From a virus: DNA of 64,000 bases. Positions 39,863-47,900 of this stretch are shown here, piece after piece (position 1 is the first letter of the stretch; every line of letters starts with the position of its first letter). The notes beneath the pieces were generated by a model that was given only the letters and a program-made list of their open reading frames with translations, did no database searches and had not been told where the DNA came from. The position numbers and the translations under genes are program-made. The stretch covers positions 96,001 to 160,000 of IMG/VR virus record IMGVR_UViG_3300042562_002450; one strand, 5' to 3'.

Positions 39863-40104
39863 CCTTATTTATTCATTCTGAATTTTTTATTGACTTAGAT
39901 TCTTTATAGAAAAAAAGAAAGGGTATAGCTTGAAAGTGAACTCTAGTTATGTTTTCTAGCGAAAACAAAAGAAGAAAGAAAGAATCAAAGTGAAATACTT
40001 AAAAAGAGTTTATCATGGAATTCTCAGGATAGGAAGGTTAATACATTGGATTATTTTAAAGAAAATATGATATAGTTAATAGATAGAACTAGTTAAGGAG
40101 TAAA

Positions 40105-40587
40105 ATGTATTATCTTACTTTTATATTTAAAGATCCAGATACACTTATAATTAAGTGTGTTGGTGTTAAATATAAGAAAACAGAGTTTGAAGACTCCGAT
40201 ATTGCTAAGTTGCTGAAACTAGGCACTTCTAATATTGAGACTAAGTTTTGGCTTAAGGAACTAAGAAAAGAAAATAAGATACCAGTTCTTGAGATACTAT
40301 ATAAAGGTCTAAGTTCAGCTGAAGCTTGCTTTGCAAAACAACAAATACTAATACAATCTGTAGAAGAAAAGATTGACCTAATTGGTCAACAACCTTTAAC
40401 TAAGAAGTATACAAAAAAGATGAGAAGCAATAATAGTATGCGCTCTGCTATTGTTGATCAGTTTGGAAATAACTACTCAGGCATACTAGAAGCAGCAGAA
40501 AGATTACTACTAGCTCCATCTAATATTTCAAAAGTTTTACATGGTAAGCTTGAACATATTGGTGGATATATCTTTAGCTTTCTTTAA
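40105..40587 (+). CDS. Degenerate GIY-YIG-like protein with C-terminal NUMOD1-type helix-turn-helix
   Basis: YYLTFIFKDPDTLIIKCVG and WLKELRKENKIPVLEIL match GIY-YIG scaffold; YSGILEAAERLLLAPSNISKVLHGKLEHIGGYIFSF is NUMOD1-like; AAGGAG ribosome binding site. Confidence 0.65.
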   Translation: MYYLTFIFKDPDTLIIKCVGVKYKKTEFEDSDIAKLLKLGTSNIETKFWLKELRKENKIPVLEILYKGLSSAEACFAKQQILIQSVEEKIDLIGQQPLTKKYTKKMRSNNSMRSAIVDQFGNNYSGILEAAERLLLAPSNISKVLHGKLEHIGGYIFSFL

Positions 40588-43500
40588 TATCCTCTGCCTA
40601 TCTTGTCTTGCATATCGTGATAATCAAAGTTTCTAGTGTCATCTTTTATTCTCATACTAGATGTATTGTGCTCAGCAGCGTACTTATTTATTTGGAAACC
40701 AGTTCTTGCATTCCCTGATATTGATGGCTTCATGTGTCTTGGACTTTTTATATTTGGAGCACCAGGAGGACTAAAACCGACTCCATTACTTTTGTTATGT
40801 CCAGATTGCATATCTCCAAACTCAACATCAGCTTCAATGCTTGATCTTGCCCCAAATACTGTTCCAAGCAATCCTAAGATTGCTGCTGGAGCAAGTGCGT
40901 ACTTAGCTAAGTTTCCACCAAAGCCTTTACTCATTGCCTTCACATCATCAGTATTATCCATTATTGTTTTAACAAATTCTGATTGTTTTACCTTACTGCC
41001 TTCTAGTATTCTATTTAATTCCCTTGCTTGATCAGCTGCATTCATTCCACCTTTATATTCTCCAGCAAGGTTGCTTACTTCCATTAGGTCTGTTACTGCC
41101 TCATCTGAAGTAAGGTAAAGGAAATCTTTCTTACTGACACCACCTTCTCTGGAAAAGATAGCTTCAATTTCTTCTGAAGTCTCTCCTGCTCTGATCTTGT
41201 CTCCAAGATTTACGGTTGATTTCTCATTAAGACTTAAAAAGAGTTCATCTGAAAAATCTCTAAAAGTTTTTATTTTCTCAGTTATATGCTTAGATCCAAA
41301 CTCTCCATCTCCAGTTATGGAATCTAGAACTTTTTTTGCTCTTCCACTTATCAGATCTTCAGTTGATTGTGCTTTTCCTTTGATAATGTTTTCAGCAAAA
41401 AGATGCAAGGTATTCTCTACTCTAGCGAACTTTTTAATATCACCATTATTAAGCATGGCATTCATCTGGTGTAACGGACTGGCACTATTAGAAGCTATTC
41501 CAATAAAGCCTTTTTCTAAATCTTTAGCAAGAAAGGTTGAGAGTCTCATTTCCGCTAAGTCATTAGTAAGAACAGATGCTGCCTCTCGACCTTTTAGGGT
41601 ATACCTTGTTTTGATTTCTTGAGCTTTCCTTAATTCAATTGAGTCTTCTGTATTTCCATATGCTCTTTCTTTAACTTCATTTGCTGCAGCTTCTGTCTTT
41701 GCAGCGATAAGAGACATCGTATCTCCATCATAATCTCCATAAACCATTCTAAGGATATTGTTTTTTTTGCCTGAAGCAATAGCCATCCTTTCATCAGAAA
41801 GGGCTTCTAAGCCTTCTATCGAATCAGAAGGTACAACATTCACGGTAATTGCTGAAAGCCCCTCTACTGGCTCTCTAACAGCTACAGCCCATGTATCTGA
41901 GAATCTATTAGCACCTGTCTTCTTGTGAAAGGCATCGTAAGCATCTTCTCCATACATCTCTATGAATTTATTCTTATTAACAGCAACAACAAATGGTTGA
42001 GCGTTTTTAGTCTTAAACTTAGCAGCTAAACTATCAGCATATTCTTCAAGAGCATTTGAACCTGATGAAACTTGAGCATTCATACTGCTAGTTACTTTTC
42101 CCTTAAATATTTTGCTTCTTAAATCATCACGCATCTGAGAGATTGCACTGTCATAGTTAGTAACCAATGTAGTTAATCTTTCTTTATTTCTTTCTAGTTT
42201 TGGTTTTCCCATTTCACTTATTATATCTTTGGTTATCGTATCTAGTTCTGTATATTTTTTATACTTACCGCCATGTCCAATCTTTTCTCCAATATGACCT
42301 TTCATTGAAGGATCTGTGAAAATCCCTATCTTTCGATATCCTAAGATTTCATCTTCAAGGTCAACATAAGCAACACCATCAATAGCCTCATTACTAAGGT
42401 ATGCTGCCCTTTGCTTAAGAACACTATTAGATCCTAGCTTTTCTCCTTCAACATCTAAAGGAAAGACATTAGAATTAAAGTCTCCTCCTTGTAGTTTTTC
42501 TGGATTAATAATGCCAGCTTTAGTTGGATTAGTTATGTCTTTCATCATTCGATGTGATGCTTCAAAACTATTAAGTCTTGCATTGGCTCCTGGGTCTAAT
42601 CTTCTTGACATGACATCTTCAGCAAAGGCATCAAGTCCCATAACGCTATAGAGTCCTATGTGTCTTTCAGAGAAGAATCCTAGACCACCAGCTCCTGTAT
42701 CTATTGCAGCATTACCGAATGCAACATCTTTATTTTTAAAAAAACCTACATTGGATCTTAGTCCACTAATTTCTTCAAATTCATCTTTACCACCAATGAT
42801 AGTTTCTATTCTTTTAAAATAGTTCATTTTTTCAGTATCATCTATTCTTTCAAAATTAGAAAGAAGGTCTTCCCCAGCTTCATATATTGCTGCCCATTTA
42901 TTATTTTCAGCATCAGACATCTTAGATGCCCCATAGGTTATTCTCTGTCTAGCCTCATGTCTAATGGAATGAAACATACTAGATAAATTACGTGGATCTA
43001 ATCCGCTTTTCATTGCACTTGAGTTTGCTATTACTTCTACGTTTTTTATTCTTCTAATGACTTCAGGATCTAATGGCTTATTACCATTTAATTCTTGATA
43101 GTATCTCAATATATACTTCTCTAATCCATCGATACTTCTTTTAACTGTAGCTTTAACCTCACCTGCAATGTCATGAATCTTATCTCCTTGATCAAGCAAT
43201 CTTTGCTTCCTAAAGCCATAAGTTAATCCTTCATTCTCAGAGATGTGAATATCATCAAGATACAATCCTCTATGTTCTTTTTCTAGTTGAACTTTTCTTT
43301 GTCCATCTCTTGAGATTCCTAGTAAGTTTCTATTTCTAAACTGTTCTTCTCTGGTTATTATTTCTTTTTCTATTTTCTCAATTTCAGAAGATAATGATCC
43401 TTGCCCCTTAAGTCTTTCAGCATCAGCAAAATATATCTGCTCACCTACTGGACCTGAAATTACTCCAGCTGAATTTGAGTTAACTTTAAGATATGCTTGT

Positions 43501-44993
43501 CTTTTGTTTTTTGAATCCTCTATAGCTTTTTTTAAATATTCATGATAGTCATCAACATTAATTTTTGTTAGTTTTGCTCTAACCTCAGGGCTAAATGCTT
43601 GGAAGCCCCCACCTTGTTTTAGCTTTGCTGCAAAATCTTTTTCAGACAAGCCAGCGGCATCACTCATCCTCCCCATTAAAAAGCGGGAAAGATCTGTCTC
43701 TTTTCCTGCATGGATCTGGAGTGATCGAGTATTATCTACAAGAGTTCCAGCAAGCTGCCTATTTGTTAAAAGTTCTTCTTTTCCTAAGTGACCGAATGAC
43801 TTACCTTCCTCAGCTAAGTATTCATTTATTCTTGTTATCCCTTTTTCATCCATAAAAAGAACTTCTTGATTATGATTAAAAGAGTGGTTACCTTTTGAGT
43901 CTATATGGGATGTATTAGTTCTTAATCCTTGCTTGGAATTACTGGCTTCTTTTGCGAAAGGCTTTTGCTCTATAACATTGCCTTTTAGGTAAATGATACC
44001 TTTATTTACATCTGAAGCATTTCCTGCATTCCTTCCATCTAAGGCTTCATTTTTAAGTATTTGTTTTTTATCAAATTCACTCATTGGTTGAAATGGATTA
44101 GCCTTGGCACTATGTCTATGTAAAGCAATAGCTTCTGGATTCATTTTTGATGTATTCATAAACCCAGTAGCTTTGTCATTATATTGCATTAATTCCATAA
44201 ACCTATTGTTATACTCGTCTAAGTTCATTTCTCCACTTATGAATTTACTATAGTTTTCTCTTATTCCTCTGACATATGCGACATCAGCTCCTACTATTTC
44301 TCCAATACCAGTTCCTGTTGAGTTACTATTAAATACTCCTCTAATCACAGACTGATTCTGACCAGCAGAACCCATTGTTACCATGCCTTCTTTGTTAACA
44401 GTATGAACTTTTATTTTCCCAGCTTTAGAAGGAATACCAATAGAGGTTATCTGACCAGTGCTATCAAAGTTAACTGATATCGCACTTGATCTTCCTCTCT
44501 TTCTTCCTGACGCTAACCCTTCTACTGAGTTGTCTGCTTGATCTATTGTAACTTGAAGAGCTTTTAGCTCATCCATTAGTGTTGCACTTTGGTTTCTATA
44601 TCCACCATCTAAGAAATCAGCTATTCCACCGCCAGCTTTTGAGCCACCTGACATTATGATCTCATCATTAATATTATTTATTGCTGCAAAGTTTCTTCTT
44701 TTAGATACAGCTTTTTCAGTATCTGTATATGTATATAAATCTGTATTCTTTAATAAAGAATCTATAGGCTTTTGATCCTCGACAGCTTGAGCTACATCTT
44801 TGTTCATTAGACTACTTAAGTTCTTAATGAATTTATTATTTTCTTTTCTTAGCTTGCCCCTACCTGTCTTGAAGTGACCATGCTTGATAGACTTGTCTAA
44901 AGCTACAGCAGCACCACCAAATAAGGCGGCTCTTCCTGCAATTGAAAAAAAATCATAATTAACATCAAATCTATCTTCTGTCGTTGTGATCAT
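40584..44993 (-). CDS. Putative single-chain two-barrel RNA polymerase (virion RNAP candidate), 1469 aa
   Basis: Ordered motifs: RLLDQGDKIHDIAGEVKAT, VEVIANSSAMKSG, FFSERH (beta-like); GKVTSSMNAQV, AVREP, YGDYDGDTMSL (beta'-like). True start ATG 44993 overlaps TGA of the tape measure. Confidence 0.8.
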   Translation of the reverse strand: MITTTEDRFDVNYDFFSIAGRAALFGGAAVALDKSIKHGHFKTGRGKLRKENNKFIKNLSSLMNKDVAQAVEDQKPIDSLLKNTDLYTYTDTEKAVSKRRNFAAINNINDEIIMSGGSKAGGGIADFLDGGYRNQSATLMDELKALQVTIDQADNSVEGLASGRKRGRSSAISVNFDSTGQITSIGIPSKAGKIKVHTVNKEGMVTMGSAGQNQSVIRGVFNSNSTGTGIGEIVGADVAYVRGIRENYSKFISGEMNLDEYNNRFMELMQYNDKATGFMNTSKMNPEAIALHRHSAKANPFQPMSEFDKKQILKNEALDGRNAGNASDVNKGIIYLKGNVIEQKPFAKEASNSKQGLRTNTSHIDSKGNHSFNHNQEVLFMDEKGITRINEYLAEEGKSFGHLGKEELLTNRQLAGTLVDNTRSLQIHAGKETDLSRFLMGRMSDAAGLSEKDFAAKLKQGGGFQAFSPEVRAKLTKINVDDYHEYLKKAIEDSKNKRQAYLKVNSNSAGVISGPVGEQIYFADAERLKGQGSLSSEIEKIEKEIITREEQFRNRNLLGISRDGQRKVQLEKEHRGLYLDDIHISENEGLTYGFRKQRLLDQGDKIHDIAGEVKATVKRSIDGLEKYILRYYQELNGNKPLDPEVIRRIKNVEVIANSSAMKSGLDPRNLSSMFHSIRHEARQRITYGASKMSDAENNKWAAIYEAGEDLLSNFERIDDTEKMNYFKRIETIIGGKDEFEEISGLRSNVGFFKNKDVAFGNAAIDTGAGGLGFFSERHIGLYSVMGLDAFAEDVMSRRLDPGANARLNSFEASHRMMKDITNPTKAGIINPEKLQGGDFNSNVFPLDVEGEKLGSNSVLKQRAAYLSNEAIDGVAYVDLEDEILGYRKIGIFTDPSMKGHIGEKIGHGGKYKKYTELDTITKDIISEMGKPKLERNKERLTTLVTNYDSAISQMRDDLRSKIFKGKVTSSMNAQVSSGSNALEEYADSLAAKFKTKNAQPFVVAVNKNKFIEMYGEDAYDAFHKKTGANRFSDTWAVAVREPVEGLSAITVNVVPSDSIEGLEALSDERMAIASGKKNNILRMVYGDYDGDTMSLIAAKTEAAANEVKERAYGNTEDSIELRKAQEIKTRYTLKGREAASVLTNDLAEMRLSTFLAKDLEKGFIGIASNSASPLHQMNAMLNNGDIKKFARVENTLHLFAENIIKGKAQSTEDLISGRAKKVLDSITGDGEFGSKHITEKIKTFRDFSDELFLSLNEKSTVNLGDKIRAGETSEEIEAIFSREGGVSKKDFLYLTSDEAVTDLMEVSNLAGEYKGGMNAADQARELNRILEGSKVKQSEFVKTIMDNTDDVKAMSKGFGGNLAKYALAPAAILGLLGTVFGARSSIEADVEFGDMQSGHNKSNGVGFSPPGAPNIKSPRHMKPSISGNARTGFQINKYAAEHNTSSMRIKDDTRNFDYHDMQDKIGRGY

Positions 44994-47900
44994 ACAACAT
45001 AACCCCATTCTCTTAAGGCATCATTTCGTTCACTTCTTCTATCTAAAGTTATATCTAGATCAGGACTATTATCTAACCCTGGACGCATTACCACAAGGGC
45101 ATTTTCAACACCACTAGCACTAAGGCTAGAATAGTGCGAAGCGTAGTCTGAGCTGGAAGAAGCAGGAATATTAACAGTAGCTGCTGCAACTTGAGATAGA
45201 TCTCCTTCTCTTGCTGATCTTCTTCCTGTATATGCATGAGTATCTCTTGCCGCATTTTCTAAGTATCTATTCTGAGCACTATCTACACTTACAGCAGGAC
45301 TCCATCCAACCCAGTCATTTCCAGGCATTCTTGATTGATAGTCTTGCAACTCAGCTGAACGTCTTGCTTGAATTGCTCTCTGTCTTGCTTCTACATCTTT
45401 CATTACTTTCTTTCTTTGCTGATTAGACATTGACTGGCTTTTCATTGCTTCTTGTCTTATTTGATTATCCATTTGTGCTTGGTAAGCATCACGATGTCTT
45501 GGATTAACTCTCCCAATCATTTTTACTTGTGTGGCTCTATCAGTCTTAATAAAATACTTATATGAAGCTCTTTCATTTTTTGGTAATGATCTCACAACAT
45601 CAGACGGATGTGAATATAAATCCTTACCTGTATATGTCTTCTGTGCCATTATTGTATATCTATCTGCAGACTTAAGATCGCCTTTTGATTGTGCATCTCT
45701 TGCTAAGTTTGTGAATTTCATATAATCAGTTTTATCAAAGTAATCTGCAATTTCTGCTTGATCACTGCTCATGTCAATTCCACCAAGCCCCATGCTATTA
45801 AGGGTCATACTAACAGTTGGCATTATAAAATCGTCAATAGGATTCGCCCAGTTTCTGTAATCCTTGGAGTATCTTTGCTCTTCCAAGACATCTTCAATAT
45901 CTGGTGGTGCTAAGAATTTATGTGCAGGAGAAACTGGTAATAATGTTTCTAGTGGATTTGATCTTGCAAGGTCAGTTAAGACTGCAGAGTATCTACCTAA
46001 AAAACTATCATAGGTACTTGGGTCTCTAGCATTAAGTTCAGACTTTTTCTTTTCATCAACTTGTCTTTGTACATCATCAAAGATATCTTGTTCATACTGA
46101 GTTAGTTCTCTGTTCTGTAATTTACCTTTAATGTTTCGATGTTCCATAGAGCCATAAGCGACATCAGATAAAATCTTATATTTAAAGATATCAGGATAAT
46201 CATTTGGATCCATCCCTTTTAGTTCTTCATATTTTTGAGCGAAGCCCTCACCAGGCAATCTTGAATAGCCATCTTTAACTTTAAGAAATGGATCACCATG
46301 TTGAAAATCTTGATAAAAATCAGAACCAGGCATCCAGCTAGGCATCATATTCTTTAATGGATTAAGATTAATCGTAGCATCCATCTGAGCTTTCTGGAAA
46401 CCATCTTGATTCTGGAATACCCTTCGTAATGCTTCTGTTGTTAAGATACCACCACCTAACTGGAGATCATAAAAGTCTCTAGTTATTGAATCAATATCTT
46501 TTGCTGATCTTACTTCATTTGGATCTGAAAATATCTCACTAGAACCTGTTATGGTTTCCTTTATTGCTTTAACTGCAAAGCCTCTTAGTCCCATAAATTC
46601 AAGAGCAGAGTTCCATTGCTTTCTAGCAAGCGCATCAATATCATATTCTGTGTTATCTAAAAATCCTTCTGGAAGTTCAGACTCGTGCATAGTAGCAACT
46701 GGCTTTATAATCCTTCCAAGAGATGCCTCATAGGCAGGACCAAAGATACCAAGCATACTTCCATCTGGACCAGTTAATGGATATGGTTGATCAAAGTATC
46801 TATTCTTTTCCAACCAAAATGGATCATATATGGATCTTCCTAGCTTTGTGAATGGTGAAATATTCCCACCATAAAGCTCTTCATTTTTAGAATCATCTAT
46901 TAATTTGGCGTACCAATTAGGTCTGTAGTAATCAACCTCAGATCCTTCCCATGGCGTAAAGGATGATTCCCAGAATCTACCTTTCTTAACTGCTACTTCT
47001 TTTTCTCCACTATATTCTAAACCTAATTCAGAAGCAGATTTATCTGCTCCAAATCCGGCTAAAGTAAAAGGTAGGGCAAGTGCAAAGCCAATAGCTCCAC
47101 CAGTCCTTATAGCTTTACCTGTTTTGGTTACATTCTTTTTAAATATTTTACCTAAGATCCCATCGAATGATTCTGTCTTCTCTGCATTCTTTAGGAATTG
47201 GCCATACTTGTCTGTTGCAGAAGACTCTAATGCTAGTCCTTGTACGGAACCCCAAAGCCCTCCAGCCATACCTCCAGCAAGAGTTAATCCTATAGTTGAC
47301 TGCCAGCCTTCTGATCCTGGTGCTTTGGATTCTATATAATCTCTGAAACCAGTTAGTCCAGTTATGTCTGAAAGTCTTGCATATGTCTCATGTGCTTTCC
47401 GTACACTATAAGCAGCTCCACCAAGTAGTCCAGCATCTCCAATTGGAGTTCCATCGGGAGCTATCTTTTCTGCACCCCAATTTAAAGTTCCTAGTCCAAA
47501 GTAAGCTAAAGCTCCAACTCCTGCAAGCTTCCCTCCATGAGACTTAAGCATACCTTGCCAGTTAGTCGCAAGCTCATTTCCATCTAGTCCAGTATTAAAA
47601 AATTTAGCGATAAATCCATCAGGACCCAATGTCTTTTTCATCCATGGAGTAAAATAATCATCTAACTCTGGTATAACGTCCGTCAATGCTTCAAAGGGAT
47701 CACTCATTAACTTCATTGGCTTACTTACAGTTTCATGAATAAAAGCACTAGCAAAATGATCAACACCATTAGTAATAAGGAAATCAAACTTAGACATCTG
47801 CTGAACATTCTTCAATCCAAGTTGGGAGAGATGCGACCTTGCAATTGAAGCCATGCTCTTTGATTGATTATTATCTGTTACAGTTTTCATTAAAGAGAAT

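Noticed and set aside
39990-40070. 26-codon plus-strand ORF (MKYLKRVYHGILRIGRLIHWIILKKI)
   Set aside because: GTG start, weak ribosome binding site, too short to support.
44994-45008. Track start MGLCC for the 1474 aa ORF
   Set aside because: Lies inside the upstream gene; ATG 44993 gives the common 4 nt overlap and removes the only cysteines.
44990-45030. Programmed frameshift fusing tape measure and RNAP as in a tape-fused RNAP
   Set aside because: The RNAP frame is open only about 9 codons upstream of ATG 44993 and has no X-XXY-YYZ slippery site; ATGA coupling explains the junction.
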